Of a stretch of DNA of 64,000 nt, positions 41,196 to 50,153 are shown piece after piece; the stretch's first letter is position 1, and each line of letters starts with the position of its first letter. Where the stretch lies: contig JBKYIE010000003.1 of assembly GCA_047030735.1 (NCBI GenBank), positions 123,693 to 187,692 of the forward strand, in the 5' to 3' direction. The position numbers and the translations under genes are program-made. The notes below the pieces were generated by a model. That model was not told where the DNA came from. It saw nothing but the letters and a program-made list of their open reading frames with translations, and searched no databases. This DNA comes from Ruthenibacterium sp. GTDB taxonomy: Bacteria; Bacillota; Clostridia; Oscillospirales; Ruminococcaceae.

Positions 41196-41849
41196 ATGAC
41201 GCTGCAGCTGGCGCTGGACGGCGCAGAGAAGGGGCGCACACTGGACGAGGCCATGGCCCTTGCGCGCGCGGCGCGGCAATATACGGATGTCATAGAGGTG
41301 GGCACCAGCTTTGTGCTGCGCGACGGCCTTGCCGCCGTGAAAAAATTTGCGCGCGCGGGCTTCGGCGCGCCCATTCTTGCCGATGTGAAGATTATGGACT
41401 GCGGCGCCGGCCTGTGCGCCATGGCGTGCGAGGCCGGGGCGGACATCGTGACCGTGATGGCCTTCGCCTCTGATAAGACCATAGAGGGCGTTGTGCGCGA
41501 GGCGCATGCGCGCGGGTGCCGCGTGATGGCGGACCTGCTCGGCATGCAGAATGCCGCTGCGGCCGCCCGGCGCGTGCGCGCGCTGGGGGCGGATATCGCC
41601 TGCCTGCATGTGGCGGTGGACGCCCAGCAGGGGCAGGGCGGCCCCGCCGCTGCGCAGGTGGCCGCTGTAAGCGCGGCCTGCGGCGGCATGCCGCTTGCCG
41701 TAGCAGGGGGCATACGGGAGGACACCGCCCGCGCGCTTTGCGCGGCGGGCGCCGAATGGCTGATTGTGGGCGGGGCCGTGTGCAGCGCACCGGACGCCCG
41801 TGCAGCCGCAGCGGGCATCCGCGCGGCCATGGAAGGAAAGGGGCTTTGA
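41196..41849 (+). CDS. hxlA: 3-hexulose-6-phosphate synthase family (OMPDC/HUMPS fold)
   Basis: LQLALD, IEVGT, ADVKIMD, LHVAVDAQ, AVAGGI. Confidence 0.82.
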   Translation: MTLQLALDGAEKGRTLDEAMALARAARQYTDVIEVGTSFVLRDGLAAVKKFARAGFGAPILADVKIMDCGAGLCAMACEAGADIVTVMAFASDKTIEGVVREAHARGCRVMADLLGMQNAAAAARRVRALGADIACLHVAVDAQQGQGGPAAAQVAAVSAACGGMPLAVAGGIREDTARALCAAGAEWLIVGGAVCSAPDARAAAAGIRAAMEGKGL

Positions 41850-41851
41850 AG

Positions 41852-42394
41852 ATGGACGGCCTGATGAATACGATGCTGCAGCAGCTTGCCGGCACTGTGG
41901 GCGGCGCCCAGCCGCAGCAGCTGGCCCATGTGGCCCGGCTGCTGCAGGGAAAGAAAATGATTTGCACAACGGGCGCGGGCCGAACGGGCCTTGTGATGCG
42001 CATGCTGGCCATGCGCCTTGCGCAGATGGGCCTGCCCGTACAGGTGGCGGGCGACGTCACCTGCGGCCCGGTGGGCGAGGGCTGCGTGCTGGTAGTGGGC
42101 TCCGGCTCCGGCGAGACGGGCGGCCTGGTGCGGCAGGCGCAGAAGGCAAAGCAGGCGGGCGCGAAGCTGGCAGTGCTCACTACTGCGCCCGAAAGCACGC
42201 TGGCCGCCATGGCGGACGCCGCGGCCGTGGTGCCGGCGCCCACGAAAGAGAAGGCGGGCGGCTCTGTGCTGCCCATGGGCAGCCTGTTCGACGAGGGGCT
42301 TCTTCTGGCCTGCGACTGGCTGGTGGCATATCTGATGGAGCAGTGCGGCGTCACCGAGGCGGATATGAAGGCGCGCCACGCAAACCTGGAGTAA
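41852..42394 (+). CDS. hxlB: 6-phospho-3-hexuloisomerase (SIS domain)
   Basis: GAGRTG..AMRL, GSGSGET, PMGSLFD, RHANLE C-terminus. Confidence 0.85.
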   Translation: MDGLMNTMLQQLAGTVGGAQPQQLAHVARLLQGKKMICTTGAGRTGLVMRMLAMRLAQMGLPVQVAGDVTCGPVGEGCVLVVGSGSGETGGLVRQAQKAKQAGAKLAVLTTAPESTLAAMADAAAVVPAPTKEKAGGSVLPMGSLFDEGLLLACDWLVAYLMEQCGVTEADMKARHANLE

Positions 42395-42491
42395 GGCATG
42401 CCCGATGCCCGGCACTGCGCTGAACGGGGCCGGGCGCATAAAAAAGCCGCTGTGAAGCGCCTGCCTCACAGCGGCTGAGCCGTACAGGGGT

Positions 42492-43163
42492 TCAGATGGT
42501 GCCGTATTTGGCATACGCGCCGCGCACGCCAAGGCCCTCGGCCATGTCCTTGCTCATGTTGTCCTCACGGGCGGCCATTTCTTCGGCCTTCAAAAGCACT
42601 TCCATAATATGTGCCTTTGGCACGGCCAGCACGCCGTCGATGTCGGCCATCATGAAATCGCCCGGCTCGATGGTGACATGCCCGATCTGGATAGGCTTCT
42701 GATATGCCGTGATCTGCCAGCGGCCCAGCGAACTGCCGCAGTGGAAGAAGCGCACAAACACAGGGAAGCCCTGCTCCAGAATATCGTTGCAGTCGCGGCA
42801 GCCGCCGTCGATGATGGCGCCGCAGCCGCCTGCCTGGCGGGTAGAGCGCGTCATAATGCCGCCCCAGTGGGCGCAGCCGTCCGTCATGTTCGTCTGCCAT
42901 ACGGGAATATCGTAGGGCTTGATGCTCTCCAGCATGGAGAAGCGGATGTCGTTGTCATTGCAGTTGATGTCGGTCACTTCTTCACCGCAGCCGGTGAACG
43001 CCGGGCCGGCAATGACCATATCGGGCTTCAGCGGGCGAAGATACGCCGGCAGCAGCCTGTCGCGCATGCCAAGCTTATCCATTGCGTCAGCCACGATGCC
43101 GGTGTACAGCTTTTTGAAGCGGGCCACCAGCTCCTCTACCGGCGGCATTTCCATGTTTGCCAT
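42492..43163 (-). CDS. RraA/HMG-aldolase family protein
   Basis: VADAMD, AGPAFT, HWGGIM, IDGGCRD, PGDFMMADIDGV. Confidence 0.88.
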   Translation of the reverse strand: MANMEMPPVEELVARFKKLYTGIVADAMDKLGMRDRLLPAYLRPLKPDMVIAGPAFTGCGEEVTDINCNDNDIRFSMLESIKPYDIPVWQTNMTDGCAHWGGIMTRSTRQAGGCGAIIDGGCRDCNDILEQGFPVFVRFFHCGSSLGRWQITAYQKPIQIGHVTIEPGDFMMADIDGVLAVPKAHIMEVLLKAEEMAAREDNMSKDMAEGLGVRGAYAKYGTI

Positions 43164-43488
43164 AATGTAAAACCCTCCCTGTTTTCTGAATGGGCGCCGC
43201 ATTCCGCGCGCCCGGTTTACAGCCTTATCTTACCGCACCGGGCCGGGGCATTCAATTTCCGGCCTGCATAAACTTTTCAGGGCGGAACATGGCAACCTGT
43301 ACAAGAAACGCGCAAAAAAGTTTTATATATGAAAACGCTTATATAAGCGTATTTTTTTCGATTCCTTTTCGGGTAAAAAGTTTTATATTTGGAACCAACC
43401 GTGCGCAGCCGCGTCCGCTGTGCGGCATGCCCGGCAGCCATACGCGGCCCCGGCGTCTTGCGCGCGGGACAAAGGAGGAGGCAGCCCT

Positions 43489-44256
43489 GTGGAACTTCAT
43501 ACGCAGTATGTGCCTGTGCCTGCGCTGTCGCGTGCGGCGCTGGTGCTGAAGGCCGTGTTTGAAAACGGCGGCCTGCCCGCAAAAGACATCGCGCGCCGCT
43601 GCCCGTGCCCCAAAACCACCTTTTACCGCCTGCTGGCAGAGCTGGTGCACAGCGGCTATCTGTACGAGGATAAACAAACAAAGCTTTATACGCCCGGCCC
43701 GCTGTTTGAGCAGGGCTTTGCGGGCAGGGAAGAGCAGCAGGCGCGCCTGAAAGAACTTGCAGGCCCTGTGCTGGAGCAGCTTGCACAGCAAAGCGGGCAG
43801 ACGGTGAAGCTGAACCTCGCCTGCGGACGGGCGTGCTGTGTGGCGGCGCTGGCCCTGGGCCCGCAGAAAATACGTATCACAGTGGACGAGGGCACGCGCT
43901 ACCCTCTGCACACGGGTGCGGCGGGCAAGCTGCTGCTGGCTTATCAGGGGCAGGCGGCTATCCACAGCTATTTCGAAATGCCGCCCGAGCAGTGCACGCC
44001 GCTTACCATTACGGATGAAACGCGCTTTCAGAACATTGCGCGGGGCATCCGCCGCCAGGGCTACGCTTTCGACACAGGCGAGTTTATCCCGCAGGTGGGG
44101 GCCGTGGCCTGCCCGGTGCGCGGCGCGGGCGGCCGGGTAATAGCGGCCGTCAGCATTGCATACCCGCAGGCCATTTTCCGCAGCGAGCGCCTGCCGGAGC
44201 TGGTGGCCCTGCTGCGCAGCGCCACACAGGAGCTTTCTGAGCGCATGGCGCAGTAA
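43489..44256 (+). CDS. IclR-family transcriptional regulator
   Basis: VPALSRAA, PKTTFYRLL, PLHTGAAGKLLLAY, RRQGYAFD.GE; GTG after GGAGG. Confidence 0.9.
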   Translation: MELHTQYVPVPALSRAALVLKAVFENGGLPAKDIARRCPCPKTTFYRLLAELVHSGYLYEDKQTKLYTPGPLFEQGFAGREEQQARLKELAGPVLEQLAQQSGQTVKLNLACGRACCVAALALGPQKIRITVDEGTRYPLHTGAAGKLLLAYQGQAAIHSYFEMPPEQCTPLTITDETRFQNIARGIRRQGYAFDTGEFIPQVGAVACPVRGAGGRVIAAVSIAYPQAIFRSERLPELVALLRSATQELSERMAQ

Positions 44257-44280
44257 GGCTGTGCTTTTAGCTTTGCTTTG

Positions 44281-44326
44281 AAAAAAGCCCCGTTCCGGGC
44301 CCTTCCGGCCGGAACGGGGCTTTTTT
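44281..44326. terminator. Bidirectional intrinsic terminator
   Basis: AAAAAAGCCCCGTTCCGG...CCGGAACGGGGCTTTTTT. Confidence 0.85.
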
Positions 44327-44329
44327 GAA

Positions 44330-44576
44330 TAGGGAAACCACCGGCTCTGCCGGTGGAGGTGCCCCGCAAAAAAGCTTTAGCTTCAAGCATCGAGCGAAGC
44401 GAGCTGCTAACAGCAAGCTATCAGGAGCAAAAGACTACCGTTAGAACAGAGATTGCCCGTTTACGGGCTGTGGGAAAAGTGATGCGAGCGAAATAAAATT
44501 CAGTGCATCTTGAGATATATGCCGGTAATAGGCCCTTATAGGGCCAACTCAAGCCACCGGCTCAGTGGCTATGACT
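44330..44576 (+). mobile_element. IS200-derived miniature element, copy F
   Basis: CCACCGGCTCTGCCGGTGG..AAAAGCTTTAGCTTCAAGCATCGAGCGAAGCGAG..CCCGTTTACGGG..GGCCCTTATAGGGCC..GGCTATGACT. Confidence 0.78.
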
Positions 44577-46741
44577 CAATTTACGCAGGCCAGCACGCTA
44601 CGGGCAATGGCATCGCCCGCGGCCCATATGCACGTTTCGTCTGTCACGGCTTCAAATTCCGCCGGGTTCGGCATAAAGCCCGTCTCCAGCAGAACGGCGG
44701 GGCACAGGGTGTTGCGGGTGACATAGTAATAGCCCCACATGGCCCCGCGCGAAGGCCGGTTTGTGGCGGCCGTCACGTTGTTCACCAGCGCTTCGGCCAG
44801 CGCCTTGCCGGAATCATAAAAATAATAGCATTCCGTTCCGGTGGAATTGTTGGCGTCATTGTTCAGCGCCACAGAGTTGTGGTGCACGGCAATAAAGAAA
44901 TCGGGCCGCAGCTCTGTGATTTTTGCATTGCGCTGCTCCAGCGAAAGGAAGGTGTCGTCTGTGCGAATCATCTCCACCGTGGCGCCAAGCTGCTCCAGCC
45001 GGTACTGGGCGGCCCTGGCCACAGCGAGGTTTGCGTCCTTTTCCAGCGGGGCGCTCTGGCCGCCCGCCCCCATGGCGCCGGCGTCCGTGTCGCCGTGCCC
45101 GGCATCCAGCAGCACCTTCACACCCGCTAGAGGTTTATTCGGCTCTGTGCTTCTGGCGGGCGCCGCCTTCAGCACCACCTGCACGGTGTTGCCGCTGTAT
45201 GAAATCACATGCCCCCAAAGCGGCGCGTCAAAGTGCAGCACAAGCTCTGTGCCGCCGTCAAAGGGCTTCACCTCGCACTGCCGCACAAGAGAAGAGCCGC
45301 TGACGGCAAAATCTGCCGCAAGCTCTGTATTATAAAAGCGCAGGCTGAGCGTGTTTTCAATTTGATTTGTATAAGCCAGCGGCGTGCCGCTGCCGCTGAA
45401 CTGCAAAAGCTCGTCGCGCCCATCGCAAACGGCCTGTGCGCCGGTGAAGCTGGCGGCGCCGTCCTCCACCTTTTGCACATTGTAAGCCAGCACCCAGTCT
45501 CCGCTGGTGAGCTGGTAGGCCCATGTAGTCTTTCCGCCGCGCACGGTTTCAGCGCATGCCGCCACCTGCCCCACGGCGCCGCGGCGGGCCGTTTCGCTGA
45601 TATTGCCGTCACCGGAGGGGTCATACAAAAGGCTGGTGATAAGGCCTGTCGTCTGCACAAAGGTGCCCTCAGGCACACTAACGGTGCTGTCATGCGGCGG
45701 CTTGCCGCCGGTGCTGCCGCCCTGCTGCTGTTGAGGCGCCGGGCCCGTGATGTGCCAGGCAAGCGAGGCAGCGCCGTTTTCAAAAAGCAGCTCGTTTTCC
45801 CCCTCTTCCAGCGTCACCAGCACGCCGAACAGCCCCTTTGTGCCGTAGCGGGGCACCTCTTCCCCATTCAGGGTGAGGGGCTGGGCCGGGTCTGACGTGC
45901 CCATCACAAAGCATTTCTGTGTGTCGATAGAGGCGCCGTCGTCCGGGTAAGTCACGCCCAGCGAGGCAGGCGGGGTATAGCCCAGCAGAGTGGGCGGGGT
46001 GCGCCCGTCCATGGCGCTGAGCAGCACGGCTGTGTCGCCCGGCGCCGCAGAGACGGCAGCCTGGCTGAACACCGCGCCGCTGAAATCTGCCGCGGTGGTC
46101 AAAAGAAAAAATTCACCTGCCTGCGCGGCGCTCTCCGGCGTGACGGCGGCAAGCGCCCCCTGCGGGGTGGAGTAGATGCTGAACGGCCCCTGCGTGCCAT
46201 CTGCCGCCATGGGCACGGCGATGCCCGCCGCGGCATAGCGCTGGCGGATATCGGCAAGAACCGTATCGCGGTATGCGGCGTCTTCCGCGTTGGCCTCCTG
46301 CGCCACGGCATATACGGCAAGGCCCTTTCGGGCGGCGGCCTCGCACAGGGCGCGCAGCGCGTCCGGCTTGTAGAAAAACGTGTCGCCGCCGGAAAGGGCG
46401 GTGCACCTTTCCGCATGCTTTGTCTCAAACACCACGCCGTCTGGCCCGTCAATGGGCAGAAACAGTGCGTTCATGCCAAGGGAGGCGGCCTCTTCCGCCG
46501 CCTCCATGGCCCACTGGGAAAGGCTGTCCTTCGTATAGGGCCCTGTGCCAAGCTGCACGGCATAGCCTTTTATCTGGCCATCGGGTGCTTTGGCGCTGGC
46601 AAGGCCGGTATCCATGGCGCGGGGCAGAAAAAGCCACAGCGCGCCGCCGCCCAGCGCCAGAAGCATAAGCCCGGCGGCAAGCCCTATCAAAATAGCGGGT
46701 GCGCGCGAGGTGCGCCCCCTGCGTTTTCTGTGTGCGGCCAA
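44576..46741 (-). CDS. Membrane-anchored N-acetylmuramoyl-L-alanine amidase (Amidase_3) with a long N-terminal region
   Basis: LDAGHG, EKDANL, AVHHNS, GTECYY, PAVLLETGF; TTG start inferred after AAAGGGGG. Confidence 0.85.
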   Translation of the reverse strand: MAAHRKRRGRTSRAPAILIGLAAGLMLLALGGGALWLFLPRAMDTGLASAKAPDGQIKGYAVQLGTGPYTKDSLSQWAMEAAEEAASLGMNALFLPIDGPDGVVFETKHAERCTALSGGDTFFYKPDALRALCEAAARKGLAVYAVAQEANAEDAAYRDTVLADIRQRYAAAGIAVPMAADGTQGPFSIYSTPQGALAAVTPESAAQAGEFFLLTTAADFSGAVFSQAAVSAAPGDTAVLLSAMDGRTPPTLLGYTPPASLGVTYPDDGASIDTQKCFVMGTSDPAQPLTLNGEEVPRYGTKGLFGVLVTLEEGENELLFENGAASLAWHITGPAPQQQQGGSTGGKPPHDSTVSVPEGTFVQTTGLITSLLYDPSGDGNISETARRGAVGQVAACAETVRGGKTTWAYQLTSGDWVLAYNVQKVEDGAASFTGAQAVCDGRDELLQFSGSGTPLAYTNQIENTLSLRFYNTELAADFAVSGSSLVRQCEVKPFDGGTELVLHFDAPLWGHVISYSGNTVQVVLKAAPARSTEPNKPLAGVKVLLDAGHGDTDAGAMGAGGQSAPLEKDANLAVARAAQYRLEQLGATVEMIRTDDTFLSLEQRNAKITELRPDFFIAVHHNSVALNNDANNSTGTECYYFYDSGKALAEALVNNVTAATNRPSRGAMWGYYYVTRNTLCPAVLLETGFMPNPAEFEAVTDETCIWAAGDAIARSVLACVN

Positions 46742-46875
46742 ACCTGCCGCCCCCTTTCTGCCCCGGCCTGCATTGGAAATGGATGCCGGAGATTTTGCGT
46801 CTGTTTTTATTATAGCATATTGGGTAACCAAACTGTTTCTCAAAAAGGATACTGCTGTAAAAAATGTGCCAAATG

Positions 46876-46884
46876 TGGTATAAT
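46876..46884 (+). promoter_or_regulatory. Extended -10 promoter element
   Basis: TGGTATAAT; a divergent TGCTATAAT lies on the minus strand at 46810-46818. Confidence 0.6.
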
Positions 46885-46887
46885 GTG

Positions 46888-47305
46888 TCCACTTAGCGAG
46901 CCCGAGCGAAAGCGAAGGGGGAGCTTAGTGGAACAGATGCCACACCCTTAACGAGGCCGAGCCGAAGGGCGAAGGGCGGGTTTCGTGAACGTGGCATGAT
47001 GTGGCCGCTTGGCGGGCATAAGCGAAAGCGCGGTGTGAGCTTGGCAAAGCAGACGCCGCAGCCCGCTTGAACGCGGGCTGTGATGGAAGGCGTGAACGCA
47101 GCCGGTGTAGTACGGTGCATCCGCCTGCTAAAAGCGGGCCGCGGGCCGGATATAGCCCGGACAGAACACATGCCGCACACGGGCTGCGGCCGTGCCGGGC
47201 GGCGGGCATGAGGCGGCATGCGGCAGACGCCATATGCAGGCGGGGCCGGAGCGCGCTGCCCCATACGGCGGAAGGCCGGTGTGCCGCTGCTTCGGCAGCC
47301 GGAAA
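46888..47305 (+). ncRNA. Candidate structured non-coding RNA or long leader (family not recognised)
   Basis: Consecutive stems with G-U pairs, GAAA and cUUCGg loops, directly after a -10 box; no credible ORF. Confidence 0.5.
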
Positions 47306-47332
47306 GATGAAGGATAAAAGGAGCACATCACT

Positions 47333-48163
47333 ATGCTTACAGTGCCGGATAAAGGCTTTACCCATGCAGGGCGCTTTCACGCGGACGACGTGTTTGCCGC
47401 GGCGCTGCTGCGCCTGTGCAACCCCAGCATCCGTATCCAGCGCGGCTTTTCCGTGCCGGAGGGCTATGACGGCATCGTGTTCGATATTGGGGACGGCCCG
47501 TTTGACCATCATGGAAAAGATACCCCTGTGCGCGAATGCGGGGTGAAATATGCGGCCTTCGGCCTTTTGTGGCGCGAGCTTGGCCCGGCCCTTGTGGGCG
47601 AGAAGGAGGCCCGGCGCTTTGACGACGGCTTTGTAAAGCCGCTGGATGAGGACGACAATACCGGCTGCGGCAACCAGCTTGCAAACCTGATTGCAGCCTA
47701 CAACCCCAGATGGGATGAAGAAAAGGACGAAAATACCTGCTTCGAAGAGGCCGTGGCCGTGGCGCAGGATCTTCTGGGCCATAAGCTGGAGAGCATCCGC
47801 GCCATCACGCGGGCCGAGGCCGAGGTGCGCGGCGCGCTTGCAAGGTCAAAAGGCGGCATTGTAGAGCTGAAGCGATTTGCCCCCTGGAAGCAGTATCTCA
47901 TTCCCAGCCGCGCCAAATTCGTGGTATATCCCTCCCAGCGGGGGGGCTACTGTGCGCAGGGGGTGCCGCAGCGCTTCGGCACCCAGGCGCTGCGCGTGCC
48001 CTTCCCGGCAGAGTGGGCCGGTGCGCTGGAGGAAGAGCTGCCCGCCATTTCCGGCATCGAAACGTTGAAATTCTGCCATGCCGGGCGCTTTCTCATCACT
48101 GCGGGCACCCGGCAGGACGCCTTTGCCGCGTGCCGCATGGCGATGGAGCTTGCACAGGAATAA
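47333..48163 (+). CDS. MYG1-family (UPF0160) exonuclease
   Basis: THAGRFHADDVFA, DIGDGPFDHH, YAAFGLLW, LD.DDN, FCH. Confidence 0.88.
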   Translation: MLTVPDKGFTHAGRFHADDVFAAALLRLCNPSIRIQRGFSVPEGYDGIVFDIGDGPFDHHGKDTPVRECGVKYAAFGLLWRELGPALVGEKEARRFDDGFVKPLDEDDNTGCGNQLANLIAAYNPRWDEEKDENTCFEEAVAVAQDLLGHKLESIRAITRAEAEVRGALARSKGGIVELKRFAPWKQYLIPSRAKFVVYPSQRGGYCAQGVPQRFGTQALRVPFPAEWAGALEEELPAISGIETLKFCHAGRFLITAGTRQDAFAACRMAMELAQE

Positions 48164-48246
48164 CGCGGCATGGGTTTCACCCGCCGGGGCGCGGCTGCGG
48201 CAGGCGTGGGGCCGAGGCCCTGCGCGGAGAAAAGGAGGACGCCTCC

Positions 48247-49197
48247 ATGGCGCATACTGCTTACCTTCTGGCATGTGCCGGTATGAATTTCTATGCGGGC
48301 TACACGCCCGACATCACCCGGCGTGTGTTTCTGCATGAAACCGGGCGCGGCGCCAGGTATACCCGTGCGCACCGGCCTGTGCGCCTTGTGTATACAGAGG
48401 AATATGCCACAAAAAGCGAGGCCATGCGCCGGGAGGCGGCGCTGAAGCGCCTGACGCATGCGCAGAAGGCCGCGCTGGCCGCCCCGGCCCTTGCCGCGTG
48501 GGAATATCTGGAGAAAAGGCCCGCCTGCGTGGATATGCTGGAGGCGCTGCGCTGGGGCAAAGCGGGCGTACTGGCCGCAGAAAAGGGCGGCGTGCTGCTG
48601 CGCGTGCAGGGGGGCGACCTTTTGCTGGCCGCCGGCACGCAGGCCGCGGCGGCGCGCCTTTTGCACAGGGCCGGGCCCTTGGCGCAGGACGTTATGCTGG
48701 GCGCGCACGGGCGTGCCGCAGCCCTGGCCGCGGCACAGGCCATGGGCCTGCCGCTGCCGCCCGCATGTACGCAGGCGGTATATTGGGCCGCCCAGCCTCC
48801 CTCCTGGCCGGTGAAGGGGGTGCGCTTTGCGCCGCTGGGCCCTGAATGGGCGGAAACCGTCTGCGCGCATTATACCCTCATTCCGCCTGCCGGCGTGGCT
48901 GCGCGCCTTGCGGCGGGCACCGTGACAGGCGCCTTTCTGCCCGACCCGCAGGGCCGCCGGCTTGCCGGGTTCATTGGGCAGCATTCCGAGGGAAGCATGG
49001 GTATGCTGGTGGTTTTGCCGCAGTTCCGCCGTATGGGGCTGGGCGCCGCGCTGGAGGCGCACGCCATCGCCCGCCTTCTGCGGCAGGGGCGCGTGCCGTT
49101 CTGCCATATCTTTGCAGGCAACCGCGCCTCTCTGGCTTTGCAGAAAAAGCTGGGCCTCAGCCTGCGGCGCGATATGTACTGGCTGGGCGGGGAATAA
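48247..49197 (+). CDS. GIY-YIG (UPF0213) endonuclease fused to a GNAT acetyltransferase
   Basis: YLL.C...FYAGYT.D..RR...H..GRGARYTR..RPV.LVY.E....SEAMRRE; C-terminal EGSMGMLVVLPQFRRMGLG...N.ASLAL.KKLG. Confidence 0.82.
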   Translation: MAHTAYLLACAGMNFYAGYTPDITRRVFLHETGRGARYTRAHRPVRLVYTEEYATKSEAMRREAALKRLTHAQKAALAAPALAAWEYLEKRPACVDMLEALRWGKAGVLAAEKGGVLLRVQGGDLLLAAGTQAAAARLLHRAGPLAQDVMLGAHGRAAALAAAQAMGLPLPPACTQAVYWAAQPPSWPVKGVRFAPLGPEWAETVCAHYTLIPPAGVAARLAAGTVTGAFLPDPQGRRLAGFIGQHSEGSMGMLVVLPQFRRMGLGAALEAHAIARLLRQGRVPFCHIFAGNRASLALQKKLGLSLRRDMYWLGGE

Positions 49198-49426
49198 CGC
49201 CCCGTGCTGTGCCGCGCCTTGCCGGGGTGCGAAAAAAATGGTATAATTTTACGAAAAGAGGCGGCAGCTTGTTCACACGCGGCTGGCTAACGCCAGCCGC
49301 CGCACTGCGCCTTTGCCGCAGTGAAAAGCTGCCGTTTTCCCTTGTACGGTGGAATAAATAAAGATTGCTGCGCCCCGAATGAAGAAATACGCCCGGGCGC
49401 TTTCGGCAAGAAAGAGGAAAATGAAA

Positions 49427-49912
49427 ATGGACGCACGCGAGGAACTGTGCCAGAAGCTGATGGATATTGTGGATGCGGGCTATGACCTGATGGCGGAATA
49501 CGATTCGCTGCCGCATCAGTACGGGGAAGTGACGATGTATCAGGCGGAATCCAAGGTCATCCAGTATATTGGGCGGCATAAATCGGCAACCATCACCGAA
49601 ATAGCGGCAAGCAACGGAAAAACGCCCAGCGCCTACAGCCAGATTATCCGCAAGCTCAAGCAGAAGGGCTGGGTAGAGCAGGTGCGCAACCAGAACAACA
49701 ACCGCGAATATAACCTGTTCCTCACCGAGGCGGGCTGGCAGGTGTTCAACGACCACCACAAGTTCGAGCAGGCCTGCTATGCGCGCACGTTCCAGAAGCT
49801 GAAAATATTCACCGATGAAGAGCTGGAGCTATTCTGCCGCGTGCAGCAGCGCCTGAATGAAGCCTTCAAGCTGGATGTAGAGGACAGCTATACTTTTACA
49901 AAAAAGAGATAA
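49427..49912 (+). CDS. MarR-family regulator
   Basis: TITEIA...KTPSAYSQIIRKLKQKGWV...NNREYNLFLTEAG. Confidence 0.88.
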   Translation: MDAREELCQKLMDIVDAGYDLMAEYDSLPHQYGEVTMYQAESKVIQYIGRHKSATITEIAASNGKTPSAYSQIIRKLKQKGWVEQVRNQNNNREYNLFLTEAGWQVFNDHHKFEQACYARTFQKLKIFTDEELELFCRVQQRLNEAFKLDVEDSYTFTKKR

Positions 49913-50153
49913 CAAAGCAGGCTTTGTTAAACCCGCACAAAATGTGCGGGTTTAATTTGTTTTATTTGTGAATTTACAAATTTATATTAATCGCTTAATA
50001 TTAAAGAGACTTAAATATTTATCACATTTAACAAATGTATACTTAGGGACAGTTGGATTATCTGGTCTTACCATTGATGATTTGGCAGCTCGAGATGCTG
50101 AAGAGCAGATGGTCGACCAGAAGAAATAAAATGGATTAAAAAGGAGGAGCACA

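Noticed and set aside
39773..42532. 919-aa antisense ORF (likewise 14430-16613, 21633-23549, 37674-39671, 11273-13066)
   Set aside because: Shadow ORFs of GC-rich genes that have clear motifs on the opposite strand
44330..44576. TnpB/IscB omega-RNA locus
   Set aside because: No tnpB or iscB ORF or remnant is recognisable near any copy
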